A stretch of 64,000 nt of DNA from an uncultured Hoeflea sp. GTDB taxonomy: Bacteria > Pseudomonadota > Alphaproteobacteria > Rhizobiales > Rhizobiaceae. This document shows, in pieces, positions 10,434 through 21,198 of this stretch. The translations under genes and the position numbers were made by a program. The stretch's first letter is position 1. Each line of letters opens with the position of its first letter. The notes under the pieces are model-generated. The model saw nothing but the letters and a program-made list of their open reading frames with translations, was not told the origin of the DNA and did no database searches. The stretch is taken from NCBI RefSeq assembly GCF_947501405.1, contig NZ_CANMVK010000004.1:112843-176842 (forward strand), in the 5' to 3' direction.

Positions 10434-10904
10434 ATGCTGCGTTGGATTGTTTTGTCGGGCACCCATGCATCGATGCTGGCGATCGGCTTTGCGCTCGGGA
10501 TCTACCTGTTGCCGATCCTGATCGCGCCTGAAGGTCCCGACCGGGAGATGCTGGCGCAGACCACCCGATCGGCACTCTATCGCGCCGAGTTCCGCCGCGA
10601 TCTCTCGGGCAGCGACTTTCTGCACTGGGGCGAAGGAACGGTGGGCGTGTCGCCGACGAGCGTTACCCATGAGGGGCGGCTTGCGCCGGGTCCCGACTAC
10701 AAGCTCTATCTGGTAACCGAGTTCGTCGAAGACGAGGAGCAGTTCTTAAGCGTCCGCGACACCGCGGTCCGAATCGGCGACATCAAGACATTCGAGGGGT
10801 TTCTGGTCGAGGTGCCGGCCGGCGTGGACATCGAAGCCTACACCACGGTGCTGGTCTGGTGCGAAAGCTTCGGTGAATTCATCAGCGCCGCCAAATATCG
10901 CTAA
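10434..10904 (+). CDS. DM13 domain-containing protein
   Basis: N-terminal TM, HWGEG, LAPGPDYKLYL, VLVWCESFGEFISAAKY. Confidence 0.85.
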   Translation: MLRWIVLSGTHASMLAIGFALGIYLLPILIAPEGPDREMLAQTTRSALYRAEFRRDLSGSDFLHWGEGTVGVSPTSVTHEGRLAPGPDYKLYLVTEFVEDEEQFLSVRDTAVRIGDIKTFEGFLVEVPAGVDIEAYTTVLVWCESFGEFISAAKYR

Positions 10905-10928
10905 ACATAGCGCAGCGCAAAATGCGCA

Positions 10929-11753
10929 TCAGGTCCAGAAATCGGGCATGGTCTCGCTCAACCGCGGGCCGATCCTGAGCGGCGCGATCTTTTCAGCGAG
11001 CCCGGTGCGGTCGGAAATCTCCACCGCCACACCGCAGATGGTCGCCGGTCCGCTGGCCACTTCGAATCGGCCTTTGGGAATGCGCGACAGGAACCGGTTG
11101 ATCGGCTCCTCCTTGTCCATGCCGATGGATGAATCATAGTCGCCGCACATGCCCGAATCCGACATGTAGGCAGTGCCGCCATTGAGGATCTGGGCGTCGG
11201 CCGTGGGCACATGGGTGTGGGTGCCGACCACGAAACTGGCCCGGCCATCGACGAAATGCGCAAAACACAGTTTTTCGCTGGTCGCTTCGGCATGGAAATC
11301 AAACACCACCGCATCGGCCACCTCACCCAGCGGACAAGCTTCCAGGATCGCTTCGCCGGCCGAAAACGGATCGTCGAGATCGGGATGCATGAACACCCGC
11401 CCCATCACATTGGCGACCATCACCCGCGCGCCATTGCGGGCGATGTAGAGATTGGAGCCTCTGCCCGGCGTGCCCGGCGGGTAATTGGCGGGTCGAAGGA
11501 ACCGCTCCTGCCGATCGGCGTAAACCAGCGCCTCGCGCTGATCCCAGACATGATTGCCTGTGGTCACCACATCGGCGCCGGCGTTGAGCGTTTCGAGAAA
11601 GATTTCCTCGGTAATGCCGAAACCGCCCGCCGCATTCTCGCCATTGACGATGACGAAATCGAGCTTGAAATCACGGATCAGGCCGGGAAGACGCTCCCAG
11701 ACCGCGGTGCGGCCGGATCGTCCGACCAAATCTCCAAGAAACAACAGGCGCAT
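10929..11753 (-). CDS. ymdB: YmdB/TIGR00282-family metallophosphoesterase
   Basis: LFLGDLVG, NGENAAGGFG, GNHVWD, DFHAEATSEK, GTHTHVPTAD. Confidence 0.96.
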   Translation of the reverse strand: MRLLFLGDLVGRSGRTAVWERLPGLIRDFKLDFVIVNGENAAGGFGITEEIFLETLNAGADVVTTGNHVWDQREALVYADRQERFLRPANYPPGTPGRGSNLYIARNGARVMVANVMGRVFMHPDLDDPFSAGEAILEACPLGEVADAVVFDFHAEATSEKLCFAHFVDGRASFVVGTHTHVPTADAQILNGGTAYMSDSGMCGDYDSSIGMDKEEPINRFLSRIPKGRFEVASGPATICGVAVEISDRTGLAEKIAPLRIGPRLSETMPDFWT

Positions 11754-11761
11754 GGGGTTCT

Positions 11762-12334
11762 CTATAGGCCTTGCGGAAACGAGCGCAAGCCTTGCTCGGT
11801 GAGGATCATCTCCAGGGGCACGTCATGCGGCTCGGCGGGCACCGCTTCCATCTCCTGGCAGGAAAACGCCGCCCCGATCAGCCGGGGCGCCATGCCCTTG
11901 TCGCGCAGCCGGGCAATCGCACGGTCGTAGTGCCCCGCGCCATAACCGAGCCGGTTGCCTTTCCCATCGAAGGCGGAAAGCGGCACCAGCAGCAATTGCG
12001 GATCAAGCACCGCGGCCTCCGGCCCGGGGCCGGATGTCCCGAAGCCGGTCGACACCAGATCCGACCCGCGAACGAACTCACGGAACACGATTGTCTGCCG
12101 GTCAAGCACCACCGGCAGACAGAGCCGCGCTCCGCGCTCGGCAAGCCGCGCCATCAATGGCCGCAGATCCGGCTCCGAGCGGATTGGCAGATAACCCGCG
12201 ATCACGGTTCCCGGATCGAACACGATCGCCTCCGCCGCTTCCGCCATGACAAGGCTCATCTCGATACGGAGCTCGGGTATCAACGCGTCCCGCCGCTTCA
12301 GCGCCGCTGCACGTATGTCGTCTTTGCTGGTCAT
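11762..12334 (-). CDS. ygfA: 5-formyltetrahydrofolate cyclo-ligase
   Basis: YLPIRSEPD, LVPLSAFD..GNRLGYGAGHYDR, EPHDVPL. Confidence 0.95.
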   Translation of the reverse strand: MTSKDDIRAAALKRRDALIPELRIEMSLVMAEAAEAIVFDPGTVIAGYLPIRSEPDLRPLMARLAERGARLCLPVVLDRQTIVFREFVRGSDLVSTGFGTSGPGPEAAVLDPQLLLVPLSAFDGKGNRLGYGAGHYDRAIARLRDKGMAPRLIGAAFSCQEMEAVPAEPHDVPLEMILTEQGLRSFPQGL

Positions 12335-12626
12335 CTGGCGGCTCCGCATTGTGCCTGATCTGTTTGCTTTGGCCCGCTGTGTGCCTTCGGTCAATCACCA
12401 AACTGCAGGTGCCTTGCAAATCCGGCCCCGGTCACGATTTGCCGAAATCTGACAGATATCCCGGCCATTGATCTCAAAACCCACCCGATCCGTATCAAAA
12501 CGGGACCAGGCGTTACCTTTCATAAACGACGCGCGGGAAATTGGTTTGCGGCGGCGGCGTGGCTGCCTCATAGGTATCGAAGCTTCTGCAAAGACCGATT
12601 TCTTCAATTCAAGCGATTGCCAATTC

Positions 12627-12836
12627 ATGACCGAGACCGGCCCCAGATTGACCGAGCCCGAGCGCACCTGCCTGCAACTTGCCGCGCAGGGTCAATCAAC
12701 CGTCTTCATCGCGGAGAAACTCAAGACCTGCCCCGAAAAAATCGAAGCGCTGCTGGCTTCGGTGCGGCGCAAGCTCATCGCCAACACCACCGTCGAGGCC
12801 ATCGCCCGGGCCATCAAATCAGGCCTGATCAAGTAG
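12627..12836 (+). CDS. Stand-alone LuxR-type HTH protein (69 aa)
   Basis: RLTEPERTCLQLAAQGQS...IAEKL...VRRKL.A.TTVEAIARAIKSGLI is a LuxR C-terminal HTH; no sensory domain. Confidence 0.8.
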   Translation: MTETGPRLTEPERTCLQLAAQGQSTVFIAEKLKTCPEKIEALLASVRRKLIANTTVEAIARAIKSGLIK

Positions 12837-12960
12837 AGCGGCCAGGTCATCCTCCGCGTCTGCCCGCAAACGTGCTCCGCAAGCGTGAAGCGAGACACCG
12901 GCGCTCGGCGATATCTCGAAACACACCGTAAAGCGCCAACAAAAATGAAAAGATAAAAGT

Positions 12961-13114
12961 GCGATCCACGACGACCGATGGATTGTTCGATCCCGGGAAC
13001 CTACAACGTAGGTGGGCGCCGTGTGACCAAGCCCACGAGCCGGGTCAGGGACAGCTCCCTTAGGATCGATTAAGGCCCCGGGGATTGTGTATCCTGTCGG
13101 GAAGCGCAGATCGC
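12961..13114 (-). ncRNA. ssrS: 6S RNA
   Basis: Complementary ends (GCGATCTGCG / CGTGGATCGC), 154 nt; alphaproteobacterial 6S-like core CCGGGGGCCTTAATCGATCCTAAGGGAGCTGTCCCTG...CCCACCTACG; canonical position between zapA and ygfA. Confidence 0.9.
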
Positions 13115-13163
13115 ATGCCAATATAGGGACGCCCGGACCAAAGCGCCAGATGCCGTTGCGGCT

Positions 13164-13550
13164 TTATGATTTGCCCGATGCTTGCCCCGTCCCCTGCCCT
13201 GCAAGCTTGCCAGCGATCTCTTCGATCCTGGTGGTCACTTCGGTGAGCGCCTGGGCCAGATCGTGGTCGGTCTTCTCGACCTTGGTGAGCGCGTTGTCCC
13301 GCGTTTTCTTCAAGGTTTCGACTTCGGCCTCGAGCCCGCGCATACGGCTTTGAAGCTCATGCAACTCATCCATCACCATGATCCCGGCCATCACGGTGAT
13401 GCGCAGATCGCCGATTTCGCCGAATTGACCCTTGAGATGGCCGACATAGCGGTCGAATCGGCCGGCCAGTTCGCTCAAATGCTCTTCCTGACCTTCCTCG
13501 CAGGCCATCCGGTAGGTCTTGCTGTCGATGCTTACCGTGACCTGGGCCAT
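13164..13550 (-). CDS. zapA: Cell division protein ZapA
   Basis: QVTVSIDSKTYRMACEEGQEEHL...RITVMAGIMVMDEL followed by a coiled coil. Confidence 0.95.
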   Translation of the reverse strand: MAQVTVSIDSKTYRMACEEGQEEHLSELAGRFDRYVGHLKGQFGEIGDLRITVMAGIMVMDELHELQSRMRGLEAEVETLKKTRDNALTKVEKTDHDLAQALTEVTTRIEEIAGKLAGQGTGQASGKS

Positions 13551-13593
13551 TCACACCATCCTGTCTGTCGTTTTGTCGCACGCCATCTGATCG

Positions 13594-13866
13594 CTACCGG
13601 TCCAGCACGGCGCGGATAGTCTCCATTGCCGTCACCAGCCGGCGCGACACTTCGCGGTTGGCCTCTTCAAGGCGGTTGGACCGGTCCTGCGCCGCGTCGA
13701 GCTCCTGGGCAATTCGCCCGCGATCCTCGATCATGCGGTCGAGTTCGGCAGCGGCTTCGGTTGAGTTGCGGCTCGCCTCGACTTGCCGGTCAACCGCATT
13801 GTCGAGCTGATTCAAGGCCTTGTTCAACGCCTCGAGCGCGGATTTGACTGTTTTGTCAGCGGGCAT
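13594..13866 (-). CDS. zauP: DUF4164 coiled-coil protein, likely ZauP
   Basis: 90-aa coiled coil ending RRLVTAMETIRAVLDR, directly upstream of zapA as for Caulobacter zauP. Confidence 0.7.
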   Translation of the reverse strand: MPADKTVKSALEALNKALNQLDNAVDRQVEASRNSTEAAAELDRMIEDRGRIAQELDAAQDRSNRLEEANREVSRRLVTAMETIRAVLDR

Positions 13867-14007
13867 CGGCGGCTTCCCCGAATATCGACCACAAGCCGAA
13901 TCGCTTGAATTCCCGATACTTGTGGCGCTCAGTTTACCCATTAGCCGAACAGGGCGTCAACAAATCCGCACCTCCGGTCCCCAACCACTTTGCCGCCCAG
14001 CCCTTTG

Positions 14008-14035
14008 TTGACTCCGGCGAAGCAACTGCTATGTG
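14008..14035 (+). promoter_or_regulatory. Probable sigma70 promoter of tkt
   Basis: TTGACT at 14008 and CTATGT/TATGTG 15-16 nt downstream, about 65 nt before the tkt ATG. Confidence 0.45.
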
Positions 14036-14101
14036 TGCGCGGCCTTCGACCCGGACCGCAACGGCCCGGCTCTGACCTGAACGCGACAAGGCGGACCCGT
14101 C

Positions 14102-16093
14102 ATGATTTCACGCGAAAAACACGACCGGATGGCAAATGCGATCCGGTTTCTATCCATGGAAGCCGTGGAGAAAGCCAAATCCGGCCACCCGGGATTGCCC
14201 ATGGGCGCCGCAGACATCGCCACGGTGTTGTTCTCGCGCTATCTGACTTTCGATCCGAAGCAGCCCAACTGGCCCGACCGCGACCGCTTTGTGCTGTCAG
14301 CCGGCCATGGTTCGATGCTGATCTACTCCCTGCTCTATCTGCTGGGCTATGACGGCATCTCGCTCGACGACATCAAGAATTTCCGGCAATTGGGTTCGCC
14401 GACCGCCGGCCATCCCGAATACGGCCATGCGCCGGGCATCGAGACCACCACCGGGCCGCTCGGCCAGGGCCTCGGCAATGCCGTCGGCATGGCGATCGCC
14501 GAACGCAAGCTGGCCGATGAATACGGCGCCGATCTGGTCAACCACCACACCTATGTGCTGGCTGGTGACGGCTGCCTGATGGAGGGCATCAGCCAGGAGG
14601 CGATTTCGCTTGCCGGGCACCTCAAGCTCAACAAGCTGATCGTGTTCTGGGACAACAACCAGATTTCCATCGACGGACCGGTGTCCTTGACCGATTCAAC
14701 CGATCAGCCGGCCCGGTTTGCGGCCTCGGGCTGGAACACGCTGGAAATCGATGGCCATGATCCCGACGCCATCGCCCAGGCGATCGAAACCGCCAAGGCC
14801 TCCGACCGGCCGACGCTGATCGCCGCCAAGACTGTGATCGGCTACGGCGCGCCCAACAAGGCAGGCACCAAGGATGCCCACGGTTCCCCGCTCGGCGACA
14901 AGGAAATCGCCGGTGCGCGCGCCGCGTTGGGCTGGGAAGAAAAGCCCTTCGTGGTGCCCTCTGACATTCTCGACGCCTGGCGTCTGGCCGGGCTGCGGTC
15001 GGTCAAGGACCGCAAGGCCTGGGAAGCCCGCCTCGCGGGTGCCGAAAACAACATCCGCATGACCTTCGAGCGGCGCATGGCCGGCGATCTGCCGGGTGGC
15101 TTCGATCCGGCGATCGACGCCTACAAGAAAAAGCTCGCCGAAGATCTGCCGACAGTGGCCACCCGCAAGGCCTCGGAGATGGCTCTGGAAGTGATCAACG
15201 GCGCAGTGCCCGAGACGCTGGGCGGCTCTGCCGACCTGACCGGATCCAACAACACCCGCACCAGCCAGACCGCGGCAATCACGCCTGACGATTTTTCCGG
15301 ACGCTACATCCACTATGGCATCCGCGAACACGGCATGGCCGCGATGATGAACGGCATCGCCTTGCATGGCGGCTTGATTCCCTATTCCGGCGGCTTCCTG
15401 ATCTTTTCCGACTATTGCCGCCCGTCGATCCGGCTTGCGGCGCTGATGGGCATTCGCGTTATCCATGTGCTGACCCATGATTCCATCGGGCTTGGCGAAG
15501 ACGGCCCGACCCACCAGCCGGTCGAACACATGGCCGCGCTGCGCGCCATTCCGAACCTGCTGATGTTTCGCCCTGCCGATGCGGTCGAGACCGCAGAATG
15601 CTGGCAGATCGCGCTTGGACAGCAAAAGCGCCCGAGCGGCATCGCCCTGACCCGGCAGAACCTGCCGGTGGTGCGCACCGATTACAGCGAGGAAAACCTC
15701 TGCGCCTATGGCGCCTACGATCTGGTTTCGGCCGGCGATGCGGAGGTCACCATTTTCGCTTCGGGCTCCGAGGTCGAGATCGCGCTTGAAGCCCGTGAGA
15801 CGCTGGAAGCGAATGGACACAGCACCCGCGTGGTGTCGGTCCCCAGCTTTGAGTTGTTTGAGGAGCAGAGTGCGGAGTATAAGAGCGCTATAATCGGCGA
15901 CTCCAGGGTCAAGATCGCCATTGAAGCCGGTGTCCGTCAGGGCTGGGACCGCTTCATCGGCGCCGACGGCCTGTTCGTCGGCATGACCGGCTTCGGCGCT
16001 TCCGCGCCCTACAAGGAACTCTACGCCCATTTCGGCATCACCGCCGAGGCCGCCGTTGCCGCGGTCGAAGCCCGGCTACACGACAACGCCTGA
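14102..16093 (+). CDS. tkt: Transketolase
   Basis: [45 protein letters not shown]. Confidence 0.99.
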   Translation: MISREKHDRMANAIRFLSMEAVEKAKSGHPGLPMGAADIATVLFSRYLTFDPKQPNWPDRDRFVLSAGHGSMLIYSLLYLLGYDGISLDDIKNFRQLGSPTAGHPEYGHAPGIETTTGPLGQGLGNAVGMAIAERKLADEYGADLVNHHTYVLAGDGCLMEGISQEAISLAGHLKLNKLIVFWDNNQISIDGPVSLTDSTDQPARFAASGWNTLEIDGHDPDAIAQAIETAKASDRPTLIAAKTVIGYGAPNKAGTKDAHGSPLGDKEIAGARAALGWEEKPFVVPSDILDAWRLAGLRSVKDRKAWEARLAGAENNIRMTFERRMAGDLPGGFDPAIDAYKKKLAEDLPTVATRKASEMALEVINGAVPETLGGSADLTGSNNTRTSQTAAITPDDFSGRYIHYGIREHGMAAMMNGIALHGGLIPYSGGFLIFSDYCRPSIRLAALMGIRVIHVLTHDSIGLGEDGPTHQPVEHMAALRAIPNLLMFRPADAVETAECWQIALGQQKRPSGIALTRQNLPVVRTDYSEENLCAYGAYDLVSAGDAEVTIFASGSEVEIALEARETLEANGHSTRVVSVPSFELFEEQSAEYKSAIIGDSRVKIAIEAGVRQGWDRFIGADGLFVGMTGFGASAPYKELYAHFGITAEAAVAAVEARLHDNA

Positions 16094-16137
16094 TCACTCC
16101 CGGACAGGCGCATTCAGATCCAGGACGGAGGAAGAGC

Positions 16138-17148
<1,011 letters not shown>

Positions 17149-17158
17149 AGACAATCGG

Positions 17159-17210
17159 AAGCCGGCCCCGCGACACCAGTATAAGGCCGCGCGGGGCCGG
17201 CTTTCGCTTT
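17159..17210 (+). terminator. Intrinsic terminator after gap
   Basis: Perfect 14-bp inverted repeat AAGCCGGCCCCGCG/CGCGGGGCCGGCTT followed by a T-rich tail. Confidence 0.75.
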
Positions 17211-17376
17211 CTTGTGCTCCATTCGCACAATGCCGAGAATTCGCCTGGCATTTGAGCCTGCGAGCGGCCGGGCGCATGCGCCCAAAGGAGCATGGCTAAT
17301 TCTGTTTCCATTGACCTCTGTCACGGCGCTTAGCCGCCTAATGAGCTAGCTTGCCTCCCTTATAGGGGAGGGTAAC

Positions 17377-18948
17377 GTGCAGCTCAGGGACTATCTCAAG
17401 GTCGAAAAAGCAGCCGATATAAGCCGGACGGAGGTGGGACGGCTTGGCGCTGCGGTCATCTTTCTCGTCGGTGTGATCATCTACACCGGCGCCAGTTTCG
17501 CACATATCGAGCAATCCTACATGCTGATCGCCGCAGCGGTGATTGGCGCCTATATGGCGATGAACATCGGCGCCAACGACGTTGCCAACAATGTCGGCCC
17601 CGCCGTCGGCTCGTTTGCCATGACCATGACGATGGCCATCGTGATTGCTGCGTTTTTCGAAGCCGCGGGCGCAATCATCGCCGGTGGCGACGTCGTCTCA
17701 ACGGTCAAGAAAGGCATCATCGATCCCGAGGACATCGGCAATTCCGACGTGTTCGTCTGGGTGATGATGGGAGCTCTTCTGGGAGCTGCGATCTGGCTCA
17801 ACATCGCGACCTGGATCGGTGCTCCGGTCTCAACGACGCACTCCATCGTCGGCGGGGTAATGGGCGCGGGCATTGCCGCATCCGGCTGGCAGATCGTCAA
17901 CTGGAACTCGATGGCGCTGATCGCCTCGAGTTGGGTCATCTCGCCGGTTGTCGGCGGCCTGATCGCCGCGGCAACCCTGTATCTGGTCAAGAGGACCGTA
18001 TTCTTTCAGAGAGATCCAGTCGCTGCCGCCAAGCGGGTGGTGCCGGTTCTGATCGCGGTCATGGCCTGGGCGTTCACGACCTATCTGGCGCTCAAGGGCA
18101 TCAAGCAACTCGTCAAGGTGCCCTTTTCCGCAGCCCTGCTCATCGGCCTTCTGGCCGGAATTGCGGTCTATGTGCTGGTCCGCCCGGCGATCGCGCGGGC
18201 CACGATCAGGCTGAGTGCAGATCGCGACGGCATCAACCGGCTGTTCACGATCCCGCTGATTTTCGCCGCCGCCCTGCTCAGCTTCGCTCATGGCGCCAAC
18301 GATGTCGCCAACGCCGTGGGCCCGCTGGCAGGCATCGTTGATGTTCTTGAGGCAGGAGATGGTGGCAGCAAGGTGGCGATCCCGCTCTGGGTGATGGTGA
18401 TCGGCGCAATCGGCATCTCGGTCGGCCTGGCGCTGTTCGGGCCGAAGCTGATCCGGACGGTGGGGTCTGAAATCACCGAGCTCGACCGCGCCCGCGCCTT
18501 CTGCATTGCCTTGGCTGCGGCCATCACGGTGATCATTGCCAGCCAAATGGGACTGCCCATCAGCTCGACTCACGTCGCCCTGGGCGGCGTGTTCGGGGTT
18601 GGCTTTCTGCGCGAGTTTCTCGAACAGCGGCTGGGCCGGGTGGTCGAGGAGGTGCTGCGCCACCATGAGGGAGAAGCCGATTTCGACAAGGTCGAAACCG
18701 TTCTCCGCGAATTCCAGAACGCGCCTCCGGAGGACAAGCGCCGCATTCTTCAAACGCTGCGCCAAATGGGCTCCGAGGCGGTGATCAGCGCTGCCCAGCG
18801 CAAGCAACTGCAAAAAGCCTTGAAACGCCAGTTGGTCAAACGCTCGTCACTGCTCAAGATCGCGTCGGCATGGATCATCACCGTCCCGGTTTCGGCCCTG
18901 ATGGCGGCGATTTTCTATTTTGCGCTGCGTGGTATGATGCTGCCCTGA
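17377..18948 (+). CDS. pit: Inorganic phosphate transporter, PiT family
   Basis: Two PiT signatures: IGANDVANNVG and HGANDVANAVG; PVSTTH and PISSTH. Confidence 0.95.
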   Translation: MQLRDYLKVEKAADISRTEVGRLGAAVIFLVGVIIYTGASFAHIEQSYMLIAAAVIGAYMAMNIGANDVANNVGPAVGSFAMTMTMAIVIAAFFEAAGAIIAGGDVVSTVKKGIIDPEDIGNSDVFVWVMMGALLGAAIWLNIATWIGAPVSTTHSIVGGVMGAGIAASGWQIVNWNSMALIASSWVISPVVGGLIAAATLYLVKRTVFFQRDPVAAAKRVVPVLIAVMAWAFTTYLALKGIKQLVKVPFSAALLIGLLAGIAVYVLVRPAIARATIRLSADRDGINRLFTIPLIFAAALLSFAHGANDVANAVGPLAGIVDVLEAGDGGSKVAIPLWVMVIGAIGISVGLALFGPKLIRTVGSEITELDRARAFCIALAAAITVIIASQMGLPISSTHVALGGVFGVGFLREFLEQRLGRVVEEVLRHHEGEADFDKVETVLREFQNAPPEDKRRILQTLRQMGSEAVISAAQRKQLQKALKRQLVKRSSLLKIASAWIITVPVSALMAAIFYFALRGMMLP

Positions 18949-20759
18949 TGATCGGCGCCTTTCTCAAGAAAACCCAGCTTCCGGTGATCCTGGCGCTGCT
19001 GGTGACCGCGTTCTGGCTCAGTCCCGATTTTCAGGAGATCGCGGCCGGCGTGGCCATTTTTCTGTTTGGCATGCTGATGCTCGAAGATGGCTTCAACCGG
19101 TTTGGCGGCGGCCTGCTGGAGCGCGTGCTCGAAAAGGTGACCGGCTCGTTAAGCCGCGCCCTCGGATTCGGCGTTCTCGCCACCACCGTCATGCAGTCCT
19201 CCTCGCTGGTCTCGGTGATCACCATCTCCTTCTTGAGCGCCGGCCTGATTTCGCTTGGCGCGGGCATCGGGATCATCTTCGGCGCCAATATTGGCACCAC
19301 AACCGGCGCTTGGCTGGTTGCGGGCTTCGGCCTCAAGGTCAATCTCTCCGCCTACGCCTTGCCGATGCTGGCTTTCGGAATCGTGCTGGTGTTTCAGCCC
19401 GCCAAATATTTGCGCGGAATCGGCTATGTGCTGGCCGGCCTGGGCTTTCTGTTTCTTGGCATTCACCACATGAAGCTGGGTTTCGAAGCCTTCAAGGATC
19501 AGTTTGACTTAACCCGCTTCGCCATGACCGGGCTGGCCGGACTGCTGGTCTATACGCTGGTCGGTGCGGCGGCGACGGTGGTCATGCAATCCAGTCATGC
19601 CACCATGGTGCTGATCATCACCGCGCTGGCCGCCGGGCAAATCTCCTATGAGAACGCACTCGCGCTGTCGATCGGCGCCAATATCGGCACAACGATTACC
19701 GCCATCATCGGCGCGATGACGGCGAATTTCGAGGGCAAGCGGCTGGCGCTCGCGCATTTGGTGTTCAATCTGGTAACTGCCGGCGTGGCGCTGGTGCTGA
19801 TTTCCCCCCTGCGGCTGGCGGTCGATGGGCTCAGCGACATGATCGGCATCGCCGCAACCGACTACGCGCTCAAACTCGCGGTCTTTCATACGATCTTCAA
19901 CACCATGGGCGTGGTCATCATGGTTCCGATGATCGGCAAACTGACCGGATTCCTGCAACGCGCCATCCCCGAACAGCGCCCGGATGTGAGCCAGCCGCGC
20001 TATTTGAATGAGGCGGTCGGTGCATTTTCCGCCACGGCGGAAACGGCGCTCCGCAATGAGGTGGGCCACCTTAACGACAACGCCATTGAGTTGATCGTGC
20101 ACGGCCTCAATCTGCAACGTCACAAATTGTACGAGGCGCCTGACATCGAGGCCTATGTCAAAGGCGCCAGATTGCCCCAGGAGTTCGACATCGAGCTTGC
20201 CTATGAACAGCGCGTCAAGGTGCTGTACGGGGCGATCCTCGAATTCGTGAACACCAGAACGGCGGGCGAAACACCGCCACGGCTGGTGGAGCGCATGTAC
20301 ATGCTCCGCGAAGCCGCCGAGCGGATGGTGCGGGCTGTCAAGGAGATCAAACATCTGCGCGGCAACACCGCACTCTACACATCGCGCAATCAGGGCGAGG
20401 CAACCGCGCTCTACAACACCTTGAGAACGGAACTGGCGCGCATCCTGGTGGAAATACACAAGATGGACACGGAAACATCCGAAAACCGAAGTAGCTTGTG
20501 GCTGGAGGAGGAACGCGCACGCGTAAAGCGTGACAAGAGCTTGACCAACCAGCGGGTGGCAAAACTGATGCGCAAGGGCGCGCTTTCGCCTGCGGTCGCA
20601 ACCTCGTTCCTCAATGATGCAAGCTACGCCTATCGCGCCATGAAAGACCTGCTCGAGGCCGCGCGCATCTACTATTCGGAAACCGAAGGATCCATGGCCG
20701 AAGTCGAGCAACTGCTCACGCTCGATGAGGACACATTGGAACTCGACAGCGAAGTGTAA
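18948..20759 (+). CDS. Na+/Pi cotransporter (NptA/PnaS family) with a PhoU-like C-terminal domain
   Basis: Repeated QSSS / QSSH and GANIGTT motifs; soluble helical C-terminus; TGATG coupling to pit. Confidence 0.92.
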   Translation: MIGAFLKKTQLPVILALLVTAFWLSPDFQEIAAGVAIFLFGMLMLEDGFNRFGGGLLERVLEKVTGSLSRALGFGVLATTVMQSSSLVSVITISFLSAGLISLGAGIGIIFGANIGTTTGAWLVAGFGLKVNLSAYALPMLAFGIVLVFQPAKYLRGIGYVLAGLGFLFLGIHHMKLGFEAFKDQFDLTRFAMTGLAGLLVYTLVGAAATVVMQSSHATMVLIITALAAGQISYENALALSIGANIGTTITAIIGAMTANFEGKRLALAHLVFNLVTAGVALVLISPLRLAVDGLSDMIGIAATDYALKLAVFHTIFNTMGVVIMVPMIGKLTGFLQRAIPEQRPDVSQPRYLNEAVGAFSATAETALRNEVGHLNDNAIELIVHGLNLQRHKLYEAPDIEAYVKGARLPQEFDIELAYEQRVKVLYGAILEFVNTRTAGETPPRLVERMYMLREAAERMVRAVKEIKHLRGNTALYTSRNQGEATALYNTLRTELARILVEIHKMDTETSENRSSLWLEEERARVKRDKSLTNQRVAKLMRKGALSPAVATSFLNDASYAYRAMKDLLEAARIYYSETEGSMAEVEQLLTLDEDTLELDSEV

Positions 20760-20809
20760 TCGAACCGTCACATTGCTCCGTTATCCTTGTGGATTGCGTT
20801 GCGGGAGTC

Positions 20810-21061
20810 ATGGCCATGTCAATCAAGGAAACCGCCGAAAAGCTCCGGAAATACAAGGAGCGATTGCGCTCGGGGAAAGCCGACAAGATCCAACCCGAGC
20901 ATGTCGAGAAAGTGCTGGCCAAACTTGTCGCTAAGGAAGCCGATCTCGCACAGGAGCTTTCCAAGACCACCAAGGAAGGCAAGCGCAAGCGCCTCGAGCA
21001 CAAGCTTGAAACCGTCAATGAGTTGATCGCCAAAGCCCGCTGGCTGACCACACAGGTCTGA
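20810..21061 (+). CDS. Small basic helical hypothetical protein (83 aa)
   Basis: GGGAG RBS before ATG 20810; coding-like codon usage; Lys/Glu-rich coiled coil. Confidence 0.7.
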   Translation: MAMSIKETAEKLRKYKERLRSGKADKIQPEHVEKVLAKLVAKEADLAQELSKTTKEGKRKRLEHKLETVNELIAKARWLTTQV

Positions 21062-21198
21062 CGGCCCCGAACTGCGCGCTGATCAATCCTTGCAAACCGC
21101 CGGGAATGATCGGCGGCGCGGTGTTGACCGCGGCAGGGCCGCCATGACACTAAGCCAGAAAGGATTTGTCCGGCGTTTTCAGCAAGCGAGACCCACCC

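Noticed and set aside
14696-16030. Long antisense ORFs (also 19509-20771, 35956-37383, 39048-40289, 45609-47063, 55042-56316, 56556-58142)
   Set aside because: Shadow frames opposite real genes, expected from high GC3 codon bias; no family motifs
17300-17340. Possible PHO box upstream of pit
   Set aside because: Only one CTGTCAC half-site (17318-17324), with no second repeat at 11-bp spacing
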